DNA of 63,696 nucleotides, the filler included, from Reticulomyxa filosa (lineage: Eukaryota; Protista; Foraminifera), in assembly GCA_000512085.1 (NCBI GenBank). It is 19 parts of 19 records of this genome, joined end to end, with 100 filler letters (N's around TTAATTAATTAA, not from the genome) between each part and the next. Parts side by side here need not be neighbours in the genome. Positions count along the whole stretch, not along the records: positions 24,892 to 28,967 come from ASPP01018666.1; positions 29,068 to 30,454 come from ASPP01013571.1; positions 30,555 to 32,506 come from ASPP01028231.1; positions 32,607 to 33,791 come from ASPP01026730.1; positions 33,892 to 35,488 come from ASPP01005066.1; positions 35,589 to 36,638 come from ASPP01035501.1; positions 36,739 to 38,202 come from ASPP01010511.1; 12 more parts are not named here. One strand, written 5' to 3'. Below, in pieces: positions 24,965 to 38,202 of the stretch; within the stretch, counting starts at the first letter, position 1, and each line of letters opens with the position of its first letter. The notes below the pieces were generated by a model. The model was not told where the DNA came from and made no database searches. It saw nothing but the letters and a program-made list of their open reading frames with translations. The position numbers were made by a program, and so were the translations under genes.

Positions 24965-27900
24965 GAGCCATTGGAAAAAGAGCCACGAAATATTTTGACG
25001 TGCAAGTTGGACACATTGACGCTGAACTACAACGCAGAGTGTATATTGCATTTGGTGATGTTCTTCAAGTCCGTTCAAAAGATTACGGACTTGGCAGAAG
25101 AGAGAATGCCCCACCAGCGGTCTTTGAGCGCATCGCTTTCCCACGAGACGAAAAAAAAAGAAAAAGACAGCTCCGTATCGTTAAAAGTGATGTACAGATT
25201 TCAGCAATTGAATATACGCTTGAACAAGCCGCATCGTCTGCGACATGTGGCGCAGCTTGGGTTGGCCGAAACGAACATTGGTTTTTGTCTGTACGGTGAC
25301 TATTCGTATGTGTTGCAAGGAGAGATTGGCAATCTAACAGCGGTCGATTTGACCAACGAAGGGAGTGAAGGCAGCTCGTTACGAACGAAACCTCCGACGA
25401 TATTGGGATTGATCGACACCGCGGATGAAAGCAGCACAGCGAGTCCAGCGACCTCGCGAGCAAAGACAAACAAAGTATTGTTGACGTTTTCCTATCAAGT
25501 GGCGTTATTCGATACAGTGAAATGGAGGTATCGTACGCAATTGAAGGCATCGATATCGTCAATGCGATTTGTATATCACCAACAATTGGTAATGGAAATA
25601 ATGGACTACATCCAGTCGGGAATGCTCGGACTAATGTCCACGCCGTTTCAACGCGAAGCGTCCACCAGTCTGCCTCTGTCACCTACAGGCTCCAGTGCTA
25701 GTTCCAATTCCAGCTCCAAGTCTTTGCAGAGCAAGTCCGAGTCGATCCAAAGGTCCGAAGGCGAGGTGGCTTCAGCGCCGGACATGGAGACTGCCATCAG
25801 GTATTCCATTACCATTAACAAGCCGGTCATTGCCTTTCCCTTGCATCGACACAGCGAAAACACCATCGACTTGGATTTGGGCTCGATTCGTATTACAAAC
25901 CAGGTGCGAATGCACAGTGTTGCGACACTTCGCAATATCGACTTGGAGCAGTTTGGTATTGAATTGATATCTGGATCGGGGCCGGGGTCGGAGAGTGTAT
26001 CCAGTCAGATACTGGTGGAAGACATTTCTATTCAAATGGAACACGTGCAATTGAGTGGAAGCCAAAATCGACAACTGCAAATGGTGGAAATGTCAATCGA
26101 CACAAAGGTGACACGAGGACTATCCCTTACCAAAGTGTTGGAACCCAATTATCAGATCGCTATCAAAATCAACGAGTTTCGCATTTGCATTTCGCAGCAG
26201 CATTGCAAAGATACCATATCGATGCTGTTCGGCAACATTTGGGCGGAGAATCCACCTCTCGCTTCGCAACAAGTTTCGCCTCGTGCGTTCAATGAACTGA
26301 CAGCACTCCAAACTCCCGAAGCCAAGAGATTTGCCATGTCGAGCAAAGACCCCAAACGCGACACTTTGGAACAGATCATTCAACAGATCAATACCACCAT
26401 TCAAGGCAAAAGCAGCAGGCAAATCCAAAAGTATGAAAATGAAATTCGAAGTCAACGCAAAGAGCGCCAATCTGCAATCGTTCGCTCCGCGTCCGAAAAG
26501 GGAGACATGGACGTCGGCAAAGCGGCAAAGGAGCGTCTTCCTCGAAGCACAAGTCTTCAAGAGCTGCGAGGCTCCGTCGTCGTCGTCGATACCACCCCTC
26601 CGTCTTTCGCTACTGCCTCCGCCATGCCCATCAACTTATTCCTAAGCAAAGACATGCAGGATGAGTTCCGTGCCCTTCACATCGTCGTCACCGAACTCAT
26701 GATCGTTCGAGTCCAATTCCAGCGCATTTTATGGAACATGGAAAATCCCAGCTACAAGCAAGCGAGACTATCCATGACTGATGGTACATTACATATATAT
26801 AATATACCGTGTTATCTTATCTTATTCATGCCTTTTTTGTAACAAAAATTTGATATTGAACAGACTCCAATACTTTATCCTCGTCAAATTCAATTGCACC
26901 TTTTCAAGTGCGACCGGCTCTGAAAGACAGGTTCTTCGAGCCCCCTTTTTCTCTCTCTAATGAGGCGGCTACTGCCACCATGGCGAAACGCTCAACATAC
27001 GGGGAGACGACGAGCCCCTTCACGGAAAACGAACAGGAACGAAACAGATCCAAATCCACCACCACTGCAATTAAGTTCGCATTTGATGAAAAGAAGAGCG
27101 AATTAATGTCCATGTCGACCGACTTTCAGATCAAAAAACTCATTCTGAGGCTGCAACACCAACAGCACCCTTTTTGTGAGTTCAGCATTGACCGCTTCAG
27201 AACGCAGTTCGAGAGAGAACACAATGGAAATAGTGACTTGCATCTGACGATTGCAGTTCAGACTAGTTTGTTGTTGATAGCAGTAACAAAAAGAAAAATA
27301 ATAAACACATATACATATATATATATATATATATATGTATATGTTTATCTATTCATTTGTTAATTATTACTTTGCTTTTTGGCAAAACCAATAACACAAA
27401 CAAACAAACAAATAAACAAAAAGGCCATTCGACTGAATAGCATATCCCACGATCCTCAATCGCAAGCATTTACAAAGATGTTGTGTCCATTTGAGGAAAT
27501 TCAGCAATTTTTGGAAACGAAGAAAACGACGGAACGAAGGTTTTCGACGATATTGGCGCAAAGCGATATCCCCGAATTGGACTTTCGACGAACGCTGACA
27601 GTGAATGGCCGAACAGTAATGGCAATCAAAATCGTGGAGCCTTGTGGGTTTTTATTGCCTTCACTTTTGAAAGACTTGCAAGATTTTATTACGGTCGTGT
27701 CAAAGTTTGATTTCCCCAACGATAAGGCCAAGGACCCGTTGATCGAGCAAAAGCAAGAGCATCAATCGCAGCAGCCACAAGAGGCACCGACAACGTTGAC
27801 AAATTGGCAAAATGATATTACGTTGCAAATTCACGATGCCAGGATAATTTGTTTGGAAAATGTATGAGTTGTTTGGGAGGGAGAGGGGGGAAAAAAAAAA

Positions 27901-28967
27901 ACAAACAAACAAATATTAAACATACACACAAACATATATACATATACATATAGCCTCGTGTGTCTGCGACCAATGCAGTGGCATTGCTCGTGACAATGAC
28001 ATTGAAAAACTCGAGCCTAACCTCAATGGAAAGCAATGGGGAGAAATGCACGGTGGATAACACGTGGGACCTGGACATATCCTCGCTAAGCGTTCATGTG
28101 TGTCCGGTGCAGCAGATCAGCATCCGCGAGCTGTCTGCGGACGACACAACATCGACACACAGGATTGTGGACAAGACATGTTTCAAGTGCCACGTGAAGC
28201 AGGAAGATTTGTGCTCGTGGAATCAAAAGGTGGTGTACTCGACATTGCTGGAGTGCAATAGCCAATTGAAGCATTTGGAGTTTTACCTATCATTTGTGGA
28301 CTTGCATATCTTCAACAATATCATCACGAACATCCGCGAGCGCTTTAATCCGGACGAAAGCGAGCCATTGAAAAGAAGTTGGAGCGTTTGATACCGAAGG
28401 ACGGCGACTTGCGAGACCGCTTTCGACAGTTGCAAGACAGCAATTTCTGCAGCGAGCTGTGTTTCGAGGCGATTTTGCATTGTCCAAATGACTACAACGA
28501 GGCATTGCAGTACTGCAAGACGAACGAGTCTGCGTTCCATATCCGCCTGCTCCGTGGGGACGTTCGCACGCTGACGGATTTGCTGCCCTGCTGGATGTAC
28601 CACAACTATCGGGAGCTGTCGTTGAACAAAAACGCCAACGATGCGGACATCATTCGGGCGTTGTTGCTAAGTGAAAACGATATTGCCATGGCGTCCAAGA
28701 CTATTGAGAACATCCGTTCCAATCGAGTGCGTTCCAGATCGCAGAGTCTGCTTTCCTTATCCGACGTCAAGACCGACGAGACATGGTTTGGCGAAGAAGA
28801 AAAGGAGTCGAGGTCGTCGATAGTATCGACAAAAATCGACATGCCTCTTACGTCCACGCCCACACTCAAAGTTCATCGCACCTCCTTTGAGGAGTCCTCT
28901 GCCGTCCATCCACTCCAACTGTTCTCCTCCTCCTCTTCCACGACGGTGACATCTCCTGTGCTTACCA
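24965..28967 (+). CDS. VPS13: VPS13-family bridge-like lipid transfer protein, internal fragment
   Basis: Repeated beta-groove motifs (LNIRLNK...GEIGNLTAVDLT; ISSMRFVYHQQLVMEIMDY; INKPVIAFP...IDLDLGSIRITN); long exons; two UBA-like segments after about 28400. Confidence 0.8.
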
Positions 28968-29067
28968 NNNNNNNNNNNNNNNNNNNNNNNNNNNNNNNNN
29001 NNNNNNNNNNNTTAATTAATTAANNNNNNNNNNNNNNNNNNNNNNNNNNNNNNNNNNNNNNNNNNNN

Positions 29068-29106
<39 letters not shown>

Positions 29107-29109
29107 TAT

Positions 29110-30385
29110 TGTAATGGCAAAACGGAGAAAGTGCAGGGCCTAAATCGGGATTAAATGGCGCCAGCCTGGACCCAAAGGATCGGACGGCCAATTGGAGTGT
29201 CTTCATTCCAATGACCCTTTCCAACAACGACGACGACTCCAACAGCTCTTTGACCATTGGCACAAAGTGATCTTGAATGTTCCTTTGTCCGTCGGCGACG
29301 AATATTTGTGCGGCCAAGTCGATATGTTCCTGCGAATGTCTGCCAGTCAGCGACACGTGTTCGATGATCTTGCTCTGCAAGTATTTGGAAAGCAGCTGAT
29401 GCCATTCCACATCCGCTTCAATGAACTCTTGCGGCATGTTTCTATGGATTGTGACACATTAGCGGAGAGTACACGCCATTAGGCCATGTGGCATACAAGA
29501 ACACAGACCCCCTTTTTATGCATGTTACAGAGGGACACAAACAACAACAACAATAATAAATAATAAATAATAAAATAATAAAATAATAAAATAATAAACA
29601 TTAAAAAAATAAAAAAAAAAGATAACCGAGTGAGCTGCAAAAGCAGTTCCAACATATTGGTTTTGGTGGAATTCTGTGCCAAATGTTTGATGAAATACTT
29701 GAGAATATACGACTCTTGGGGATGGAAGGTCAACACTTTCAAATGTCCATTGGAAGTCAAATCCGACAATGACGCCGAGTGCACCGCGTGGGCATTGGCC
29801 GATACCGACAATGGCTGCGTTTCATTTTCGTGGATAAATGGAATGTCGTCGGTGTTGGTCACAACATGGGGGTCTCTCTCCGCTGGAAACTCGTTCAGAC
29901 TTGGCTTATGTTGCGACTGCAGCATCTGCTTGCGCTTGCTTGCATATTGATGTGGCAAATAATAACCCGATCGACTATTGGGCTCGTATTTCAACACATG
30001 GTAATAAAACGGCACATTGGCACAGCAAACCATTTTCACTATCAATTGAAAACAAAATTGCGTACATTTTGCATTTCGCGACCACTCTTCCGCAATGTTG
30101 AAGATCGAATAGTACAAATTCCAATACTCGGTGTCGTCGTCGCTCGGACAACATCTTTGGCTTGGCCTTATCGTCAAATCCACACTCTCTTTTCCACGCT
30201 TTACACTTTTGTCCTTCTTTCTTATCCTTGTCGTCTGCTTGCTCGCTTGTCTCGCGCTGCCACTGCTTTGAGGACTCGCCGTTGTCGCTTGGCTCTTTCG
30301 CCTTTTATCCGGATACTTACCTTCCTTGTCTTCATCTTTTATCAATGGTACTCTTTCCATCTTTGCTTCTTCTTCTTCATATCCC
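29110..30385 (-). CDS. Large alpha-helical (HEAT/ARM-like) protein fragment; weak resemblance to the Furry/MOR2-PAG1 N-terminus
   Basis: GC-richer exons with coding-like composition separated by an AT-rich intron; ERVIGMKTL loosely recalls the Furry ERxxIGLR motif. Confidence 0.4.
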
Positions 30386-30559
30386 TTTTTTTTTTTTTTT
30401 TCACAAAACAATGTACAACTTTTGGTGTACGCCTACTTTTTTTTTTTTTTTTTTNNNNNNNNNNNNNNNNNNNNNNNNNNNNNNNNNNNNNNNNNNNNTT
30501 AATTAATTAANNNNNNNNNNNNNNNNNNNNNNNNNNNNNNNNNNNNNNNNNNNNAAAAT

Positions 30560-31361
30560 ATGTATCAATATAATGACTTTGTATTCTTCAATTCATTGGT
30601 TTTTGATTTTTGATTATAATTTGTTTTATTATCATTTGATTTCCATAAATTTAAGATTATTCCTTCATCTAATTTCATCATATGCAATTCATTCTTATTT
30701 GATCAAATATGCAAAAAAGAGTTTAACTCAGTGATCTTTTGTTTGTATTTTGAATTTGGACATAACAACAAAAAAGGCTCTTCAATAAAATATAAAAAGT
30801 CACATAAATATGTTGTATATGTGCTTCTTTCTCCAATTTCCATTGGATAGTTATAGATCAATACTCTTTCGAATATTGTTATGATCAAATGATTGTCAAG
30901 TTTTTAAAATATCACTTACATGATTTGTTGATAAATCCAATGAGATAACATTTTCACAAGACGTAATAATTGGATATGATGATATTGATAATACCAATTA
31001 TTATCATTCCATTTTTTGAATTCAACTCTCTTTCTATGACTATAAATATTTTTTCGTAATATATACATAATATTTGACATTTCTGAAATAAATAGTTGTG
31101 TAAAACTTGTTTATGAATTTGACGATATTTGATATATTTATGATATTTCAAAATATTCCACAAAATAAGCAAACACATTTCTCGAGATATTTTTATTTCA
31201 TTTTCTTCTTTCAATCTATTATAGATCAAAATTATTTCATTTTTTATATTTATTATATACATTTTATTCAAATTTAACTTATTTAAGTTGGAAGTTGCAC
31301 AATTTTTCTCGTGTATCAACATAAATTTTATTAAATTTATTATTAATGTGAAGGTTTTCAA
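30560..31361 (-). pseudogene. Degenerate member of a lineage-expanded family (PUB-like N-terminus)
   Basis: LILWNILKYHKYIKYRQI resembles the PUB NI..P...KYR motif; the frame is broken downstream; a ~35-bp piece near 30675-30710 recurs at 32470-32505. Confidence 0.5.
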
Positions 31362-31809
31362 TATTCATTGAGATGGAATTACTGAAAAGAAATATTCAAG
31401 TAATACATTTTTTCGAAAAAAAAATGTTTTTCGTTTGCAATCCATTAGATTCACTGCTTACGTTCAAAGTTATGATTTGCTTTCTCGTCTGATCTTTGAA
31501 AGAGAATTGAAGTAATAACATGTTAACTTATACAGTCTGTCTTTCAGGAATAGTATTCAAATTAAACTTTTGTAATATAAAAAATTTAATTGAATAAAAT
31601 TACAAACATTTATCTTAATAGTTTTACAATGACACATATCTTTATACACAATCCTTACAGACACAAACAAAGGAACAAAAAGTTATTTGAACAAAAAATA
31701 TTTCGGTCAAATTAGAATTTGACTATTTTTTTTTTGGAATTAATATATGTGATCCAATCTTTTAAAAATATCAGTTTGTTATCAATCTGATAACAAAAAA
31801 TCAAAATTT

Positions 31810-32170
31810 ATTTCATAATAATTTCATCAAAATCATTGACCCATCCTAACTTATCTTTAAAGTCCAAATCCAATATTAAGTAATACATTTTATTTTATTT
31901 TGTTCATTATTTATTATTAATACAATCAGTGTTTGATCAAAACAAATAAATAAACAAATTATTACCAACTGTAAAGGGTCCCATTCACACACTTTAGTCT
32001 TCATGTGAATTGGTACTTTTGTACGTTTAACATCTAGTCTTCCAATGATATGTATATGATTGTCTTCTTCACTCAATATTGCAATACAATCATACAATAG
32101 ACTGGATAAAGTGTTTTAAAATGTCATCTATTTGTTTTCTCGAATTGAATACTTGTACAATGATTTTGAA
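31810..32170 (-). pseudogene. Kelch-like family pseudogene, 3' part
   Basis: LYDCIAILSEEDNHIHIIG...HMKTKV is nearly identical to the C-terminus of the gene at 59741-61010; in-frame stops lie upstream. Confidence 0.8.
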
Positions 32171-32658
32171 CAGATAATGGACAAGTAAAATAAATGGTGA
32201 AACAAGTTAAAAAATGATAGTATATAATATCATTCAATCAAATCAAACAAATTTAATATCACTTTATTTTTAATCAAACTTTTCAAACAAAAAAAACATT
32301 TTCATTTTTTATTTAATAAAACAGAAAATTATCCCCAAATACGAATGGGACCTTTGTATGAACCATAACACAAATTCAAATCATGTGCGATATTCTTTGT
32401 TTCCTTTTTCTTTTTCAATGTAATAAATTTAAGACAAAATATTCCATTATCTTCTTTCTCAGCTCCTTTGATCATATACAATTCATTCTTATTTGATCGA
32501 ATATCCNNNNNNNNNNNNNNNNNNNNNNNNNNNNNNNNNNNNNNNNNNNNTTAATTAATTAANNNNNNNNNNNNNNNNNNNNNNNNNNNNNNNNNNNNNN
32601 NNNNNNTCGATTCGCACTTCGAAACTGTACTAGAAAAGTCTGGTTGCTAAAAAAAAAC

Positions 32659-32753
32659 CGAAAAAGACAAAATCAAAAAGAAAAATTACAAATTAGGCAG
32701 CGCCTGAGGCGCTGCCTTTTTTGTACTTTTCTTTTTCGATTTTCCCTTTTTCG
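32659..32753. repeat. Imperfect inverted repeat with a perfect GC-rich core
   Basis: AGGCAGCGCC-TGA-GGCGCTGCCT at 32695-32717, extended by ~46-bp A-rich and T-rich arms. Confidence 0.85.
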
Positions 32754-33899
32754 TTTTTTTTTATATTATGTTTTTTTTAATTGAATTGATACATTGCATG
32801 TATTTTTTTTGACATCATTGTCTTTTTTTTTTACATTTGATAACATTTACATCTTTTTGGAAAGACACAATAAAGTGTAATATAATGGGTAAGACTTACT
32901 TTGTCGTACGTTTTTTTTTTTTTGTGTACTTGATGTTTCATTTTATTGTTTTTTTATTCAAATGCTATGTAAGGTTCGGTTGCTTTGTCATGTTTATTTT
33001 TTTACTATTTATCCTAAATAATTAATAAATCAGTAATAAAAGGATTCTTTGACCGAAAGTATCAAATAAAGTTATTATTGTGGAGTGAGTTATTGTATTT
33101 TCTTCAAAGATTTAATTTGAATATGTTTTATTCGCATTGTTTAATGTTAAAGTACACATAAAAAACGATAGTGGAGGTCAGCTGTAATTTCAAACAAATA
33201 GCAAGCAGTGTATTATTTTAAACACAAAAATATCTTTTCTTTGTCAACTGATCTTTTTAAAAAACAAAATTATGCAAACGTACAAATATGTGAACCAAAG
33301 TTTATCTTTTTGTGAAGTGATTTTGAAGAAAACATTTTTTCATGCACGAGAAAACAAAATAACATTTCAAAAAGGGTAGTAATTTCCACATTGCATTAGC
33401 AAATGTTTTTTTCTTTGAATTAATTAGTTCATACAGAAACGCACAAGACTTACATTTTTTTATGAGTTTCATGCACACAATATCAATTTTCAACCCCCTC
33501 CAAATTATAATTACTCTTTCTATTAAAGAATTTATTCTTGTTTCATAAACTAGATTTAAGTAGAAATCTGTCTGTGAAATCCCGAGGTTCGAGACTTCAG
33601 TAATGAGAGATACATACGTCTTACAAGTTTTAGCATATTGCAAAATTACGCGTTACGAAGATCGTGTTTAAGCACAGCAAGTTCAAACATAAAACATTAT
33701 TTAACATTTTGGTTTTTAGTTAAACCTATGTGATTGGTCAAGGACGGCGAGTGTTGCAGAAATGATGGTGATTGCTTGGCTATATTTAATTNNNNNNNNN
33801 NNNNNNNNNNNNNNNNNNNNNNNNNNNNNNNNNNNTTAATTAATTAANNNNNNNNNNNNNNNNNNNNNNNNNNNNNNNNNNNNNNNNNNNNTATCCAAA

Positions 33900-35308
33900 A
33901 AAACTCAAACACGTCACTGACGCAAAACAACAACCCAGATACTGCTCCAACCGAGAAAATGAAAAATCGCTGGAATATTATTTACAGTTGGCAGCACAAC
34001 TGCTCGACGAAGATCAGTCGCATTTTGACGTGATAGAGACATTGCTGAGTCAAGAACGGGAATTGAACATAAGTGAAAAGATGTGGATACTGACGAATAA
34101 ACTACTAGAAGATGTCGATTATGATAACTCGCGGTCGAAAATAAACTTTGATATGAATGCTGAAAAACAACACTCGTCTCATATGAAAATATTGGGTGAA
34201 GTTCAACGACAAGTTTTTGACATGATCGATATTAATCAGTTATTTGACAATGCACAAAAATCTTTAATTGCATTAATCGAATTGGATGCCGATCACTCCA
34301 AAGAATTACTCACCAACCATATCCAATATTTCGATGTCAAAAATATTGTGGACACAATACAATCCAAAATCAATGAAATCAATAATAGCAAAAGCTATGC
34401 GAACAGTGGTAATTTGAATAACATTGTCAATGATAACAACGGTAATAAAAGCAATAAGAATATCAATCATAACCACGAAGAGAGTGCATATCGTATCAAA
34501 GCGACACCACAACAAAAATGTAACTATTTGAGATTTTTTTTGGTAAGTTTGAAACCAATCTTTATTAGACAGCACAATATGACAATTAAAAAAAATAATA
34601 AATAAATAAATAGTAAAACGAATGTGTTTGATTGTCCACATTTGTTATATGACATAGTACAACTATTTAGACAAGCTGATTGGCTCTGGTGATGGCACCG
34701 AACATCCCAAGTTCCACAATTTGCTGGCTTACTCTTACATTGAGTTTGATACTGAAAAATTGCTCAAGTTTATGTCAATATCCAATTCCATCACGGTTGT
34801 TGCAATGCTGGAGTTTATTGAATCGCGCTTGAGATACGTCGCCGATTGTCGCAGTCAGATCACAAAGGCAAAGGACACCAACCAAAGGCTCCAACTTGAC
34901 TCGCGATTTCAATCCAAAGTGCTGGATGTATTAGACTGGGATCAAGTATTGAATACGTACGAAGCCTATTGCAAACAACTGTATGAGTGCTATGTGGTTC
35001 TATTGAATCGCTTGGGTCGGTATGACGAATCTTTGGAAATCATTTTAACCAAAATCAAAGATATGGATAAAGCCGTTACCTATGTACAAACGTATGGGGA
35101 TGAGTCTCTGTGGCACAAACTTGTTGATGGCACTCTGGCCAAAGCCAAAGAGTTGGTTCCCCAGCTTTTGGATGCTGTCATATCTCATCCTACCCGATCC
35201 GGCAGAAACGACTTTTCCATTGACTTAATTCAACGCATTCCCAACGATATGCACTTGCCAGATTTAAAACAAAAACTTGTCGATCTATTTCGCGGATACT
35301 CCATTGAA
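33900..35308 (+). CDS. VPS41: Vacuolar protein sorting 41 (HOPS), clathrin-repeat region, partial
   Basis: VVLLNRLGRYDESLEIILTKIKDMDKAVTYV...DESLWHKLV and LIQRIPNDMHLPDLKQKLVDLFRGY match the VPS41 CHCR region. Confidence 0.8.
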
Positions 35309-35588
35309 GTATTTATTTTCATAACTCATCACATTATATTAACGTATACACACACATGCACCTCCCTTCCACCTGCATGCACACACATTTATGCACGCTT
35401 TTGCTATCTCTTGCTAAGCTCACTTTCCATATCTCTTTCTCTCTGCAATCGATAAACATGTACTTTTTTTGGGGGGGGGGGGGGGGGGNNNNNNNNNNNN
35501 NNNNNNNNNNNNNNNNNNNNNNNNNNNNNNNNTTAATTAATTAANNNNNNNNNNNNNNNNNNNNNNNNNNNNNNNNNNNNNNNNNNNN

Positions 35589-36638
35589 ATGTGCATCTGC
35601 ATGTGCATGTGCGTCGGTGTCAATCAGCTCAATGGATATGTGGATCGAGTTCGAGTTCGAATTCGAATTCGAATTCGAGTTGTTTTTTGATGATTGTTTC
35701 GTCGTTTTTGATTTTTCATTCTCAATTGTGTTTGCATTTGCATTTGCATTTGCATCTGTATTTGCATCAGCATCGGTACCTGTATCAGTACCTACATCAG
35801 TACCTGCATCAGTGCTTCCACTTTCATTTGCTCTTGGATGTGTGTTACGTTTGGTATCGTCCGTTTGTCCCTCCCTCTTTTGGTCTTGCTCCTTTTTGTC
35901 AAACTCGTGTGCGTGCAAAGGACCAATGGCATGTTCAGGCTCGATGGGCAGCAGACGATTTTCGTCGATGACCCAGCGAGCAAAGACAAACTCCAGGAGC
36001 TTACGATCGATATCGACACCCAAGTCGTCGACGGCATCAGCAAACTCGACAAAGTCGACCTTGCCATCGCCGTCTTCGTCGGCCAACTTCAATACCCTTT
36101 GCACGTAGTTCAGTGCCGCATTGTCACTCTCTGTCGTCTCGTTGCCCGACTCGTGTCCATCAGTGTCGTCGTCCGACTTTGCACCCCAAAGTGTGCCATG
36201 TGGAACTGGCAGCTATTATTATAATGTAATTAGCTTATTATACATATATATATATATATATATATACAATATATACATATGTACATATGTACACGCAATG
36301 TGTATGTGCATGTGTATATGTATATATGACTTGACGAGAGACGGGATCCATGTTGTGAAAGATACTAGGAAATGCTCTTCGCAAAATGGTGGCCGGAGTG
36401 TCGGTGGCAATAGGCTTTGCTCGCTCGTGCAGCGTGTTGATGAAGGCGTCGATCTTCAACTCGGAATGGGCCGTGTAAATATTGTCTTTGTAGATCGCCT
36501 CGAGGGCACGCTTCGGAATCAGCGCGTCGATCTCAAACATTGCCGCTATAAACTCATCCATGTCCACCTCGCCGTTGTTGTCCTCGTCGTTTTCGCTTAA
36601 AAAGTTTCTTATCTTTTCCAACTTTATTCCATTACACA
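35589..36638 (-). CDS. Multi-EF-hand protein fragment with low-complexity tail
   Basis: EF loops DEDNNGEVDMDEF and DEDGDGKVDFVEF; NA/NS/DT dipeptide repeats. Confidence 0.8.
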
Positions 36639-36744
36639 NNNNNNNNNNNNNNNNNNNNNNNNNNNNNNNNNNNNNNNNNNNNTTAATTAATTAANNNNNN
36701 NNNNNNNNNNNNNNNNNNNNNNNNNNNNNNNNNNNNNNTTTTTA

Positions 36745-36782
<38 letters not shown>

Positions 36783-36794
36783 CATAAGAAATAC

Positions 36795-38127
36795 CTTAAT
36801 TCTAAAAGTTTGTTATTGCCATACAGTTTTTTGTCATCAATGTCCAAAGCACTGACAACAACCAAACGTGCCCAGTGATAATCATCCGGATGAATTCTGG
36901 TGTCATCGTAAATTGAATTTGGTAAGCCATGATTTTGCTTTTGCATTAGCCGAGGATTGCTCATTGTCCACATCATCGGTAGTGCCAGTCAACGAGTGCG
37001 GTATCACACCATCCATATCACTGATACGAATGAAACCTATGGCATTTTTCCACACGTTCTTGGTTAAATATTTTTTTTTTTAATAATTCCACGATTCAAA
37101 ATAAATCCAGCCTCATTCAAATGATATAATAGATTGCTGGCCTTGTGTGGGCCCAAGCCACTGACAAACTGCAGCGGGCCACTCAGCCATGAGCGATTGG
37201 CCATCACATTCAAGCGCACTCCAACCTCGCAAACCAGCTTCATAATACGTCGACGGAAGCTGTTTAGCAATAAATCCGAGGGGATTTCATTCATCAAAGA
37301 ATGGAAAGGCAATGACAAGATTTCGTTTTTGCCCGTGGCGTCTTCGCACCATCGGTTACACAATTCCGTCATCGGACACATGGCATAGCGACCCAAGGAA
37401 ACAGCTTGTCTTTCATTGGCCGGCCAAGACGGGAATTCCTTCTCTGCATTAGCGCTGTTTTTATACAAATTGCTCACTCGGGGGTCCACCAATTCCACTT
37501 TTATCGACTGCGAAGGACCTGCCGCGGCATCTTCGTCCACATCTGTTTCAATCCCATACAACACCTTTTCCACATCTTCTTTAAAAAATCGACATTTGGG
37601 ACTACTCGCATCAATGACGATCAAACTCGGCCGACGACTTTGCACAAATTCCTTAAACTTTTTTAGGTCCATGTTTTTTTTTCCAATTCCATACGTAAAT
37701 GTCGACTCATTGCATTGGGGTTCACTTTGATGACAGATTTCATGTGATGCAGCACTTGTCTGTCAATAAACTCCCCAAACTCATTGAGCAAGACCATGTA
37801 TGTAGGTTCGTTGTCGGAGCCGACCACAATTGACAACAAGGAATGTCTCTTCATTGGCACATTGCTGTAGCTGTCATCCGTTCGTTGCGAGTTCTGTTTG
37901 TGCTTTTCTTGCGTCAATTCCAGCAAACTGAATCCCCCTGTGTGTTTGATCATATCATACAACCGCTCACCCGCTTCGCGAATCACCACCTCACGAGAAT
38001 GGTTACGCATTTTCAACCGCACTGCCCGAATGCCCGTCGATATTAGTCCCATCTCCCGTAATGCCAATTTCAAAATGTCCACTCGAATGCGTTCGATTTT
38101 TTCCTTTGCTATTGTGTGCAATATTAC
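36795..38127 (-). CDS. SPT6: Transcription elongation factor SPT6, internal fragment (YqgF/HhH region)
   Basis: AVSLGRY, LQFVSGLGPHKA, NAMGFIRI-like segment, DDTRIHPDDY; apparent frameshift at the T9 run 37674-37682. Confidence 0.9.
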
Positions 38128-38158
38128 AAACAAACAAACAAAAAAATTTAATTTAAAG

Positions 38159-38202
<44 letters not shown>

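Noticed and set aside
25083-26560. Long antisense and alternate-frame ORFs over VPS13 (and similarly 29779-30510)
   Set aside because: Shadow ORFs of GC-richer coding sequence with no recognisable domains.
32695-32722. Bacterial rho-independent terminator implying a contaminant contig
   Set aside because: No upstream bacterial-type ORF, the composition matches the host, and the symmetry extends well beyond a terminator.
35645-35680. (TTCGAR)n array as heat-shock or B-box elements
   Set aside because: It encodes the NSNSNS low-complexity tract of the minus-strand EF-hand gene.
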